From assembly GCA_965645245.1 (NCBI GenBank), contig OZ287076.1:1674001-1738000 (forward strand): a DNA stretch of 64,000 nucleotides, in the 5' to 3' direction. Origin of the DNA: Massalongia carnosa. Taxonomy: Eukaryota. Each line of letters opens with the position of its first letter. Within the stretch, counting starts at the first letter, position 1. A model generated the notes under the pieces. It ran no database searches and was not told the origin of the DNA. It saw only the letters and a program-made list of their open reading frames with translations. This document shows positions 38,181 through 50,560 of the stretch, piece after piece. Position numbers and translations under genes: made by a program.

Positions 38181-40310
38181 GATGTCTGCTATCAAGGCTT
38201 CATTCTCAATCACACCATGACCGCCAGAAGAATGATGCCCAAAGAAGCCCTCGAAGGTAGATGAACAGATGACCATTTCTACAAGCCGAAAGGCCAGTTT
38301 TATCGAGGCTAACTGAGCTAAATATATGACGAAAGGGATTTGCACAAAGTATTTATGGTGTTGAGACAGAGTATGAAAGACGTACCTCCTACGGATACGT
38401 ACATTCCTGCCTTCTGAGCACCTCCTCCTGGTATCATCATATCACTGAGGGGCAGCAGGCTCAACATCGGGGGCTAATGAACAGACCTCCAATAAGGTTC
38501 TAACCTCGCGGATTTCGGCGTAAGCCGGCCAGAATCAAGACCCGTAACCTGGAGCCACCATTCATTCTTGTGCTCTATGCCGAAGAGCTATTCGCCAAGT
38601 TTGATGCGACTTGGCCTTTCTTATCTAGATTTTTATATCTTTGCCCATATCAATCGGACCTGAAATGTGTCATTGTATCTAAAATACTCAAAAGTTGTCT
38701 ACTTCCGCTACTCGGAATTGACCTAGAGAGGGATAGACCATAAAGCGGCGAAGAGAAAAGCTTAAAGCAATCCATTAGATGAGTGATATTTGCCAAACAA
38801 GCCGTGGAAGCTATTATATTAGTTATGACTAAGTCCTGTCAGAGAGTCAGTTCTCTGCATGGCGGTTCTTCAAACTTAAGATACACGGCAACACTTTCAA
38901 ATCTAAAATAATTATGACTAATAGTAGAATGAAACGTTGCCATTTCTACAAAGACGAGCGGCGAGAGTTTATGGGACACAAGCTTTTTCGTCACGAAATT
39001 GAGCTTCGCTCTCTACAGCAACAACAAAATACTGTTAAAACGGCATTATAAATGACATTACTCGGTATTGAACTGCTATTAATATATAGAATGCTCATCA
39101 TATTTGTATCAAATGCAGAACCTACTTGGAAAATCTAAACTACTAACTCTTTAAACTTTGGTATACAAAGCCCACCTTTCATGAACCTAGGCTGCGAGGA
39201 TTTTTTCCAGTCTATTAAATTGGAAATCCCTGACAAAAATTTCCGGCTTCTTTCTTTCGTCTAAAGTCTAGTTCCAATGTAGCATATGCTCATTCAGAGC
39301 GGTTCCACGCATCAATCATACTCTTGTATCAAGGATTTCGTAAACATCAGGCGAGCGCAAAGAATCAGGCTGCGATCAGAAGCATGAAGAAAGCAAGAAA
39401 ATAAATTGAAGGGTAACACTACGCAAAAAGTATCAATACGAACATGACGAACTTGGTTTAAACAACAGCTCTCCCAAAACCCTAAAAATAATATTTTATA
39501 CTTGTGTCTTTCTGTAATAGCCCGCTTCTATTATTATATCCTGTTAACGGTAGCGCCATATATTTCATTGCTAGCCAAGACTTAGGGAGCTATTCAGACC
39601 TTTAGCTCGTCCTAGTATCTTAAAACGGATATGTCTGCAATACCCGGGCAAGACTGAAGAGACGAGTGTCATATTAAAAAATCCATATTAGCCCCTCGTC
39701 TTGTCTTAAATCTTTCTACCCTCCTTACGTTTTACCATTGCTGTTCCTGCAAATATCCAGCGAGAGGCAGTTCCTTTTCCACGAGCATGAAACGTGATAG
39801 AGAAACATTATGGAGTCTACCGAAAAGCTGGTTTCCTATTTTTGAAGGGACTTTCCCCTTTCGTTAAAAATAGCTATATATCTAATCAAGACTGAACCCA
39901 TTGGGATTTATTATTCTCGATAAATTTTCCTTTTCCTATAACGTCTATAACGCTCCATACAAATATATCAGAAAGAACGAAGAACTTAACATTAAGAATG
40001 CCCACATCTCGCGGCAATTTTGAATTTTAAAATACTCATTCGCAAATCAAAATGATAAAGCGAACAAACGTCAAAACAATCTTAACAAAAAGTTATTTTT
40101 ATGTCGACATTTTTTGTCAATTGACAATAAGCAGCAAGAAAATTTCGTTCATTGAAGTTTATGACATTCAAAAACATACAATGATTTCAAACTAATTTGA
40201 AAAAATCTTATAATTCAAAATATCGAATCTTAAGATTTTCGGACTACTGAAACGCAGCCACCTTGTGTATATTGCTCTTCTAGTGTTTGGGTAAAGTTCT
40301 GGTCCTAGGA

Positions 40311-40609
40311 TGTGATATGACACCGTTCGTGTGCCGTCCGCGCAGGATACGGGGCCGACTCGAGTAGGCTACGTGGTCCATGAACGCTGTAGATGCGAAC
40401 CCTGAGGTCAAGACATACTCCATCTAGCTAAGTGACAGACTATATAGGCAAAAATGGATAAGAGAAACAGCGAAACACGATTTATGATGAGTGTTAATGC
40501 GGAGAAAGAAAGAAGAGAGAGAAGTGGAAGAGGTGAAGAGTTTTCACCTCCCTACTAGCGTCCGGTCCTATCCCGCTCACACACCGGGTGCCCGTCCGTC
40601 GCGGTGACA
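40311..40609 (-). mobile_element. Possible solo LTR of about 300 bp
   Basis: GC-richer island in AT-rich DNA bounded by TGTGAT...GTGACA with a TATA-like core; no clean TSD. Confidence 0.35.
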
Positions 40610-40807
40610 ACTTCATTAGTTCCCAGCAAGCTGGTGCGTTATGATGAAATTATCATACAATATTCTGAATCAAATTCATTGTTGATATTTGAAAAAATCC
40701 GCTTGAAACCATGCAATCATGCAAATGCAATTTTGAAATTTTCCAATGTGGTTTTGCGTCAAACAAATCCAACGAGTTCCCATATTCTTTACCCAAGAAG
40801 TGGAGTA

Positions 40808-41205
40808 GTAATTCGCGGGCTCCATCGTGTCAGCTGAACATATACATAATTTCTATCTATGTTTGGGCAACTCTCCCCTCGCTGCTGCCCTGCTGGCGCT
40901 CAGTTTTGCTGAGGGCCCCTCCTATAATGGCTTTGTTTTGGCAGCAGTGAGGGGAAAAACTCCATCTACCTATGCGTCTGATTCAGGGAGTGGGTGGGTG
41001 GGCAAAAGACCTTTTGGTGCTGAACTCCGAATCATTGGTGATGATGAGGAGAAGAGTGCCCAAAGGCCACCTATTTATGCCCTTTCTCTCCCTTGTTTGT
41101 CCAACTATTTTGGCCATCATCCTCCTTTGTCCTTCGGCCTTTGTTGGCTGTTCGCGGCCTGCCTCCACTCGGTCCCGGCATTACCTTTCGCCTTAGCCGA
41201 ATTAC
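40808..41205 (-). mobile_element. MITE- or solo-LTR-like repeat, copy 2 (398 bp), inverted relative to 28107-28565
   Basis: Near-identical reverse complement of copy 1 without the internal duplication; flanks TA and TC. Confidence 0.85.
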
Positions 41206-41456
41206 TCTTATACAGCCCAGGGCGAGACCTTGGATCACTTCTATCTCTGGGCGTCTAACCGATTTGAGAAAGCATAAAGAAAGCGCTGAAGGAGGATAAA
41301 CTGGGTGGTGTGCGTCTATGAATCAATCGTACTGTCACTGGGCCATCATATGAAAAAGAAATGAATGATCAGGTCATCGTCGTCGTCAAGTTGCTACGTG
41401 CGCACTGACTAGCTGACTAGATGAAGAGATGAAGAGATAAACTGAACAGAAGAAGT

Positions 41457-41640
41457 GGGCGAGCGGGACTATAACTGCCGGCTCAGGGGGCGATCATGTG
41501 GCTGCCGGCAGTGGTGCTCGGTAGCACTGACCCTCGCTTACAGTCATCACACCTGTCATCTGGCCATCTGGTGGAGGTCCACCCCACCCCTCCACAGCGC
41601 TCTAGGAGAAAGAACCCTGCGAGCTTTAGATAGCGCTTCA
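41457..41640 (+). other. Structured GC-rich segment, possible SINE/LINE 5' head
   Basis: Three-way junction (gcgag..ggg/cccucgc; acugccggc/gccggcagu; ggugcu-cggu-agcacu) followed by two hairpins. Confidence 0.4.
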
Positions 41641-41719
41641 GTATAAAATAATTCCAAGACAAGATAGAAAAGTCCACCTAACGGAGAGCAATGACAAAGA
41701 ATAGTAAGAAATGAAAAAT

Positions 41720-42724
41720 AGACCTTTAAAAGAGACGAATATTTTTTACAAGGATTGCATGGTGCATGTCCAAGAGTTTTTTTAAAAAAATTACTGAAGC
41801 CGAAGTTTGCAGAGCGCCTCCAATAAAAACCAAAGTGTTAGGATTGGTGAAGTATGGATACATTGGTTTTGTTTTTTCTGACAACATAAATTGAAGTGAT
41901 CGTCTTAAGCAAGCGTATAAAAGATATAAATCGATCACGATTGGTCGATTAACATAGATTTCAATTTTTTGAAAAACAAATACGTTGACTCTACACCTCT
42001 CAACTACGCAAGTTTCTATATCTAATAGATCGATCATAGATGAGCCAGATTCTTGAATTCAGGACTGGCCGATTATTTAAGCTTACTAGCATCAAGACTT
42101 TGAAAGCGATTCTCTCCGAATTTGAAGCTGCAATCAAGTTTCCGGCGTCCTGAAAATAGACCAGGATGAACGACTTTGGCAGTCTCGTCAGACATGAAAA
42201 CTCGACATAGCTGAAATCGCAATTAATGCGGGCTCGGAGTCGTTAAACCAAGAGGAGCCAGCTACAGAGTAGAGAACACGTTGGGGCCTCGGGGGTGCTT
42301 CACTTGAATTCTTACTATATATCAGCCCATGCGTCCTATAAGTTCATCGGTCGTTTGCTTAACGGATTCGCTCCTTGAGTTTTCGTCCAATATCAAGGGA
42401 AAGGAGAAATCAAACTGCTTAGAGAAATAAATTACCGACAGAAGCTTCATCTCCAATCTTTGCCGCGGAGGCCAAAACCTCACGTGCCACCCAGAGAAAT
42501 ACAACCTCACAGTATCCCAGGAAGATAATGCTGAGCGTGATGTTTTCTTGCGCCGCAAGAAAAGTGCAGGAATCTGAGCGAAGATGTCAGACCCTTTGAC
42601 AGCATTCTAAGCGGACGAGAAGATATATATACAAGCTTTGTCCTAGCGATGCTCTAAAGATAGATTTGGAATAAAATATGTTGAACCGGATTTTTCCCAT
42701 AACACAAAATATATCTTCTTTCAT
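41720..42724 (-). pseudogene. Decayed DUF3435-like (Starship captain-type) tyrosine recombinase, N-terminal half
   Basis: LRFLHF..SWDTVRLYF, LAPLGLT, ERIAFKVLMLVSLNNRP, IQESGSS, IRYRNL, SPILTL/LVFIGGAL, KNIRLF*RS in collinear order with frameshifts. Confidence 0.42.
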
Positions 42725-42990
42725 CGTGTGGAGTTGAGTTTGAGAAGATTTTCGGCTGACTTATATATCGTGAACGGCGTTTTCACAGGCTGCGGCGCGA
42801 TGATGCAAGCAGGCATCGTGCTAGTACTCTTTCAGTAGCGTTTTGCCCCTGTTTGCGAATATTACTTTTGCAGGTTACTTGCATGCCATACTACTTCTTT
42901 TCATCCTCTTTATTCGATACCACATGTTTTGGATCTACATGACATTGTTTACAATTCCAAATATTGACCGGAATGGATACGAATCATCTC

Positions 42991-43600
42991 ATGAACACGA
43001 AGCGGGTAGACATGGCGAGGCCCTTGCTGGAGACCTTCGTGGGTGACTCACAGGAGTCGCCTACAACAAGTGGTCGTTCTTCGGGGTTTTTTGGCACTGA
43101 GAGTTCTGTTTTGGATTCGCCGGCCCCTCGCGGACCTTCTGTTTCTGGTGTGCGCACTGCGCCTCCTCGCGGGGTTACCCCTCTCGCTGGGCGCTCTCCG
43201 GCTTCTCACGAGCTTTCCGCTTCTGCTGTGCATTAGCCGGCCCCTCCGCCTCTATAGGTACAACCCACACCTGATCCGTTTGTCTGCATATATTGTATTA
43301 AACGCGTGATTACCCATGGGCAACAGTGTGAATAGAAGCCACAATACCTCCTCCAAGTGTGAATATTGTGTACATCAGAAGAAGCCGTGTATATCGATGA
43401 GCTAAGGTCCTAGTATTGTTAATGACGAGGTTGTTGAGTAATTTAAGATCCCCAGGCGCTTTCACCGCTCCACGGTGGAAATTCTGAGTATGATAGCTTT
43501 GTTTACCCTGGCGATTTCAACGTTGGTCTCTATCATGACTGTTTTATTTTTCTCTTGAAGAGGCTCTCTATTTACGAACTGCAGATAGTCAATCGTGTTA
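42991..43600 (+). pseudogene. Decayed small gene with a Ser/Pro-rich N-terminus and a KCEYCVHQKKPC Cys motif
   Basis: ORF 42964-43236, then a Cys motif at about 43355-43392 in a broken frame; divergent from the captain-like relic. Confidence 0.35.
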
Positions 43601-45632
43601 AGGTGGGCACCAAGTCTCTTTTGGTGTCTTTGGATGCTCTTGAGAGTTTACAAATAGGAGACCAATTCCGAGACGGTTTGCCAGGATGTTGATTGAGCTT
43701 AACAAGTTTCGGGATGCACCTAGCCTCCATCCTGGATTACCCTAGACAATAAGGAAGAAAATAGTTTCGAAGGATTTTTGCGGCCAAGACGTGGGAAGGT
43801 GAATGAGATTTTATAGGACCTGGAGTGAACTGGTTTGTCAATGAGATAGTGCGAGGTTTTTTTTGTTGCTAGGCTTGGGCTGCAGCGACAGATTTGATCA
43901 TTTTCATTAATAGGGATCCTAAAAGCCGGTATTCAAGAGGGGACGAGGAATGATAATCAAAACTCTGAAACTCTCCTGCGGAGATAGGAACAAAATCAAT
44001 AGAAAAAATGTATAATACCCTCGTCTATATAGTGTCAGAGACTTTTCCAAAACTTTACCAAGAGACACGAAGAGGTCTTCAATGATTCCAAATATTTTGT
44101 CGTTGAAATTCTCGAAACTATCTTGAATAGCATGGAGAATATTGGGACTTCGCCTCGCATGTGATGTTGAATGCGCATTTCAAGCTTGTTGTCTAACACG
44201 AGCGAGGCCAATGTCATTCGAAGCTGATGCCATGAATACTAAAGGCATGGATTATATTTCATAGGAAGTATGGTCCGGGGCGGAGTGTACGGAAGGTTGT
44301 AGATGCCCATAATAGAGAATACCATAACCTTTATATGGTTGGGCATGAGTGCATGCGTGGCACGCCACATTCGCTGGAACCTACCTCAGTATCGAAGCCG
44401 CGATTTTCTCTATATCTCAAATTGCGAGGATTTGACCGGGTTGTTGGACACAAGGATACCCGATCTAAACGAGGGAGTATCTCAGCTAAATCTGGATGAT
44501 TCAGCACAAAGATAAAGAGGAAGGTGGTATCCAATAGAGTTTCATGCTAGTGGTATCTTGCCCATGAAGATCTTTCATAGCCGCGTTTGCCGCGAGCTAT
44601 TGTCGCATGTGGTTAGCATGACCGAACATTTAGTTGCAGAAACAAATATGCCATACTCTACTTCCTTCCTTCCATTAGCAACAAAAGATGGAACAAGGAA
44701 GTAAAGAAATAATCAGTTCCCCACCTTTCCATGCACGAAGTGCTAGAACAAGAACAGAATCAGAAGAAAAATGGCAACGTCGCCGAAGATTGAGAGTGCG
44801 GCGGAGAAAGTAGATACTAAAACAGGAGAAAAGAACGAGAGAGTACAGACAGCCAAAGTAATGTTTGAAGCGCGCTCCTTAGCCTGTTGTGAGTTGTCAC
44901 TTACGGTCTCTGCGATCGAATACTCACATGAATTCGAGATGCGCTTTCATTCTGTTCCCAAGCATCAAATCGAACCCCGATATGATGGGTATGGTTTGCT
45001 AAAGAAAAGAACCAGTTCTCTCAGCCCATGGACTCAAGACGCGCTTGCGTTGGACTATCAATCATCAAATCAAAACCAGGTTATGATGTATCTGTAAGTA
45101 AGAAGTTAGCGAACTATGTTATGCAGAAGCCACATAAATTCAAACTTCGAGCTGAAGCGAGCGATGCTGGTAACTTGGCAAGTCCCCCACGATCCACCAA
45201 TTAAGTTCAATTAAGGTTTGTTGACCTTCTAACATATTTTCGTACTCAAACTATGGCTGCTCTTCACATGTTAGTGGTATCTCTTTAATCGCACATTGTT
45301 GCTTCATCACTATCCTCTTCGCTACATGCCAACTTCAGGGCCTACTTTGGCGACTTCCACTGATGCATCCATTCTATCCTACCGAGATCCGCACTACTTG
45401 CTCCTTATTAAACTCATTTCAGCGTGTTTGCCTACACCAAGAAAGGCCTGAATGCTGTTTTTGCTCACCCTCCTTCTAACCTTTCCTACGCGATGCATAA
45501 GGTTCATTCTTGATAGGTCTTGGATCATTAAAATATGTAGAGCTCTTAGCTAAAGATAGAATCTGACCCGTGGATTCCTCAGATATTCCATTTAATTTAA
45601 AACTTGCTAATAGAAGTAATGAATATCTCAAA

Positions 45633-45675
45633 TAGTAGTCGACTCGCTTCGATTACTACTTTCTTGACACGATTA
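45633..45675 (+). repeat. Orphan TIR tip of the 26154-28090 Fot1 family
   Basis: tagtagtcgactcgcttcgattactactttcttgacacgatTA matches 28050-28092 with 2 mismatches. Confidence 0.85.
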
Positions 45676-46334
45676 AGATCTCCCTAGTCTATCTAATCTA
45701 GTCCCTTTTCACCACTACCACCACCACGATCATGCTCACTCACTCACTCACGGCAAATGCCCTTCTTTCTATGCGGATCTCTCAACCTCCTGGGTCTCGT
45801 CAGAATGAGATGAGGATAGGTCTGTCATCGTGGATTAATCAATCATTTTCACTTTTTCCTCCAAAAATTAAAAATAATATGAAAAGAAACAGACAGAAGA
45901 AGGAAAAAGCCCGCCTTGTGGACCGTGACAGGTTTTGCACAGGCGTCAGTGACTTGGCTGTCGTCGTTGTCGTTGTCGCTGCCGCTGCCGCTAGCTGGGA
46001 TTCAAGAGGGGTGAGAAACAGATGGATGAGTGGTGAGGTTTGGTTATGCTTTCTGGCTTTGGTAGTGGTGTGAGATCTAGCAGCACATGCTACTATATAG
46101 CTTCACCTCTGTCAATTCTCCAAGTAGGTCGTTTTCCGAGCGGAACGGTCTCGTCAAGCCAAGAATCGCCTTCGAGAATGTCTAAACGAACGTATTCTCA
46201 ACCCCCCTCACCCCCCTCCCGAACTTACCCTAATCCGACAAAGCCAGCTCCCCTAAAAAGCAGCATCCACACCGCACTCCCTCGCCTCCAACCCGCCCAG
46301 CCATCGCTATCCCCCTTTCCCACCCAACCATCCC

Positions 46335-47321
46335 TTACTCCGACGTCTCCGGCGCAGCGACCCATGCATCGGTGTCCTCCCAGCCCTTGTAGCTCTCCGT
46401 CGGGTCGACGGCCCTCAAGTCCGCGAGGGTGGATTCCAGTACGTGCATCCCGTAGCCGGCGATAGCCTCGGGGGACGAGTCTTCTGGAACGTCGATGCCG
46501 AGCCCTGGGAGGGTCTTGCGCAGCTGGTCGTTGTAGTCGCCTGCGAGCGACTTGTAGAGGTTGTCGTCTACAGAGAAATGGTGGGCTGGGGCGAGGTGTT
46601 AGTGATTATGTGCTATACAAAGGGTGTTAAGGGGGGGGGGGGGCGGGGGGGGTAGGGGGTGGATTATTGTGATGCGAGAAAGGAGCGAAATTGCTGACCT
46701 GCGGGAGGTGGGCCCTCAGTCGGACTATCGACAAAACTACCCGGTGCAACGGCCCTCCGGCTAATGCTTACGCTGCGTTTCCCGGAGCTGAAGCAGAGCC
46801 CGCACCCGAACGTGTTGCAGCCGTTGTTGCACACGAGGAAGAAGCCCACGCATGTCTGCTTGATCGGAACCTGCGGTTCGCACGCATGTGGGCCGGCTTG
46901 AGGCACTGGCACAACGCCTTGTGGCCCGTCCAGCAGAGCCCGCCGTTGCCGGAGTTGGAGGTGGCGATTTCGCGGTAGCCGTCCAAGCATTGACCTTTGC
47001 AGAAGGGCACGGTGCCCGCCCAGTAGTCCTGGCACGTGCTCGTCGGTTGTGGCGGGTTGCATTCGCAAAATATTTTGTGCCCGCTCAGACACTTTTTGCC
47101 GTCGCCGTGTTTGTCTTCGCGCGTTTGGTGGAAGCCCGGTTTGCAAGATCCGCCGTGGCAGAACGGGGCGGTCCCGTCCCAGTAGTCAATGCAGGCGGTG
47201 GATACTGGGATTTGGGAAATTTTAGGGATTGTTCGGTTTCAGCCAACTTTGTTGCTGATAGGCACCCACCGGCTGCAAAAGCTAGCATTGCTAGACCTGG
47301 GGTAAAAAGCGTAAACTTCAT
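46335..47321 (-). CDS. Secreted cysteine-rich repeat protein; 3 exons, one frameshift at about 46893
   Basis: Signal peptide MKFTLFTPGLAMLAFAAVSTA after splicing intron 47205-47269; two CxDYWxGTxPFCxG..C..G...GxGxxCxxGHKxxCxC modules; third Cys module ending SSGKR; intron 46586-46698; acidic tail to TAA. Confidence 0.75.
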
Positions 47322-47959
47322 GATGGATGAAATGAAGTGATGATCTTTCGAGGTAGATTATTTAGATGGCTGCGCGTTAAGATGTATGTGACTTCGGCTC
47401 GGATTATTTGGAGATCGTCTTTAAGAATGCTCAAGAAGGAGTTCCAATGGATGGCAAGGAGAAATTTAGGGAACAGCCCAACTTTATACTTGCAAAAACT
47501 CGACTCTTGGCCTTTTCGCCACATCATCCACCTCCCTCTTAAGTTTCGCGGCCATACTGGATCGCCAGACTTCCTTGGCGAGAATGCAGAGCGCATGATA
47601 CACTTTGTCAAAATCGGCACTAAAAATGAGGAATGTAACTCCCGCGTTATGGAACAACTTGGCATTCTACTTCTGTGTCTTGATCATTATATCTGGTTTC
47701 TTGATCAGATGCTGGTTCTCGTTTCAATCTTCAAGCAATGAGAGCAAAATATGACGATGTGATGGTTTGTAGCGCTAGCGCCGTTAAGTGTTCTTAAACT
47801 GATGTTATGACGGCTATTGATGCAATGGCAGACTGACGGCTCGGGATACGTCACGGGGATATTACCCGAAAGAGCCGGCCCCCCCTCCACACAGGTTCTA
47901 ATCTAAGTATACCAGCGTCCATCATGTAACCCAAAGGCTAGATTCCCGCTGATTATCTT

Positions 47960-49000
47960 CAAATAACTGCTGATCTCGAGGGGGTTTTCCAGATTTCCAT
48001 AGGAGGCCGCTAGCCATGCCAAGCGGACGTAGCGTGTTCCACTGCAGAAGCAAGTTTACCGTATCGATATTCGGGTTAGCATTCCCCGTGCGTGGGGTCC
48101 GGAACTCAAACCAATTTTCATTCCGGGCCTTGTGCGTGGAGTTGATGATCAGGTCTTGCAAAGTTGTTGAAAAAAGCATATATCGATTTCAGCTACCCCA
48201 GGATCTTTCTTATTAGCAAAAGCATCTTCTCCCTTCTCTTACTGGGCTCTATCAAAGCGGCTTAAGAGTATTCAAGCGTAGATTCACACATAAAAAGCTT
48301 TTTTGGCTCTTGGAGCATGCTCATACAGCTCAAGACCGTAGAAGAATCGTAGCCTTGAATTAAGTAGGATCCTTGATGATATCATGTTGAATAAGGTTGA
48401 TACCCATGGGATCTAGGGAATAGCTTGACCCATAGTCAGTAGATCGTAACCAGATTAACCGAAATGGCTTCGAGAAGAGAAATGCCAAAGATGGTCTGTT
48501 TCCTTTGAATTTCTTTCGCCTCCCGCAATATGAAGGGTTAAACTACGAAAAAATGCACCTAGCTTCTTGATAGCCTTGGAGGATAGAAACGTAGACTAAG
48601 CCAAGAGATCTGGTGTTAGCAAAGACGAGGGAATTTGGCGGTTACTAGTCAGAATTGCACAGAAACCCCTGTTCGGGTTGGGTATTAGAGACCACTGGGA
48701 CCTTCTCATAATAGTTAAAGCGAGTCATAGAGAAATAGACCTAGAACGGGATTGATGAGAAGAAAATTGAAATAGTGATCTGCAATACACCTGAGGCCAT
48801 CGGGGCAGTTGATATAGCTAACATAAACCGCTAAATAGTAACCATTTTAGCATAATCTATAGAAAAAAATGTATTTCTAGATAGTGATGACCAAGCAAAG
48901 CCATATGTAGATGATTAGGAAGGATCTCTAATACGGCTGAATAGATTATCCATCACCGACCGAGAAGAACGTTATGATCCCCGTGTTTCGAAGTTTCGAC
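47960..49000 (+). pseudogene. Second decayed DUF3435-like tyrosine recombinase, catalytic region
   Basis: AFLALGACSYSSRP (about 48296-48338), DIMLNKVD, FLIALEDR, KPLF, RTG..RKLK*.DL, SNHFSIIYRKKCISR (48837-48881), LNRLSITDR in the expected order. Confidence 0.5.
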
Positions 49001-49011
49001 CTCCAATCATC

Positions 49012-49600
49012 TTGAAGACAATTCGAGACGCTATTCCGCACTCACTTGAGTCTGGGTTTGAGTCATTCATGTCCATAGCTAACAGTGAGAACGAATCAGA
49101 ATTAGCCGAATCACAAGAGACGACGACAAGCACTCATTCATCTCAATACACCGCTGGCTTCAAGAAACCGAGAATACCAAAAAATGCCATGCTGCAACAG
49201 GAATTGAACCGGCTGCAGGAACAACTAACGGAAGAGAGAAAACAAGCCAATCTCCTGCTAAGGCAGAAGACTCCATCGACTGCCTGCACAAAAAAGTCAG
49301 AGCTCGAGGGAGAACACGATCGGCTGCAGGAAAAACTAAAGCAACAGAAAGATCAAGTCAATCTCCTGCTGAAACAGCAGACCCTATCAAATACCAGCAC
49401 TGGAAATGAACTAGAGCTCCAAAGAGAAAACGAGCGACAGAGGCAAAAACACGCTCAGGAGAGGGAGAGGCCAAGCAACGACACTTGGAGCTCATGCATT
49501 TGCTGAAGGAGTAGAAGGACTAGCAGAAGGGGCAGATGAAGGATTTGAAGAGAGAAAAGGGGGAGCTTATGGACTTGGTGAAACAGCAAATCTCTAGCAA
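49012..49600 (+). other. Coiled-coil ORF fragment with an internal ~37-aa duplication
   Basis: ELNRLQEQLTEERKQANLLLRQKTPS / EHDRLQEKLKQQKDQVNLLLKQQTLS; frame breaks near 49490. Confidence 0.4.
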
Positions 49601-50560
49601 ACGATTACATTAACAAGGAAGTAACTGCTAACTTTCCCTCGTTATTCTGCTTGAGGGGTATTCAACCTACTACAACTCAACATGTATATTAACAAGCTTA
49701 CATAAGAGCTTTATAGTCTTGCAGTAATGAATGGTGAAGCCCATCTAGATCTTTATGAATGTAAGAGCTTGTCCCATGGTATCTTGGCTGTTCTTACTAC
49801 GGCAAAGATGTGACTCCCGAGCCATGACCCGTGAGGCTCAAGCGGCAAGAACAGATGCTAGCGTAATGGATGTTAGTACACACCCTCTATTGGTCGCTTG
49901 AAGAATTCACCGCTTTCAGTTGAGTTGAAATAGAGAATTGCGTTTGTGCCGTAGCCAGAATGACGGTACTACAGCCAAGTTTACCATGATAGAGTGAAAG
50001 CTTTTCATGGATGTAGGAGAGACCAGCTGTCGTTTTCCCGTAAGTATTACCCAACACCGTGTGTGAATACTTACCTCTTTGCAGATCGCGACGATCTCGA
50101 ACGCTTGCAGCGGATCATCGTACCCCTCTTGTTCTGCGTATTAGTTCCCTCCATCCACCTGCTTACCGCAATGCCAGCAGATTCCGGGAGTCGACTCCGT
50201 CCTCTTGTGCGTCTTTGGGACATTATCGTTCTATGGCCATCTTTTCGTCACATGGAAGAACACTCTACATCTCCGATCTTAAGGCAAGCAGGAATCAGGA
50301 ATTGTGGGCTCATTTAGTGGCCTATGGTGTTTTTATCTGGCTGGCATGAATAAATTAATTCTTGGCGGTCAAATGGGAAGCTCCGCAGTTATCCAAGCGG
50401 AGAGTTCACTCTGTCGACCTTCGAACTCTAATAATATTACTACAGTCGCATAATGAACACGGTACAGAGCACAGTTTAACGTAATTCCCAAATTTTTCTT
50501 CGACGCAGTAAGGATGATGGACCCATGCTAGGCTTATGAGGTATCACTAGCTAAGAGGTA

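Noticed and set aside
34600..40300. Further cargo genes in the AT-rich tract
   Set aside because: Apart from the gypsy RNase H fragment, only short stop-riddled frames without identifiable motifs.
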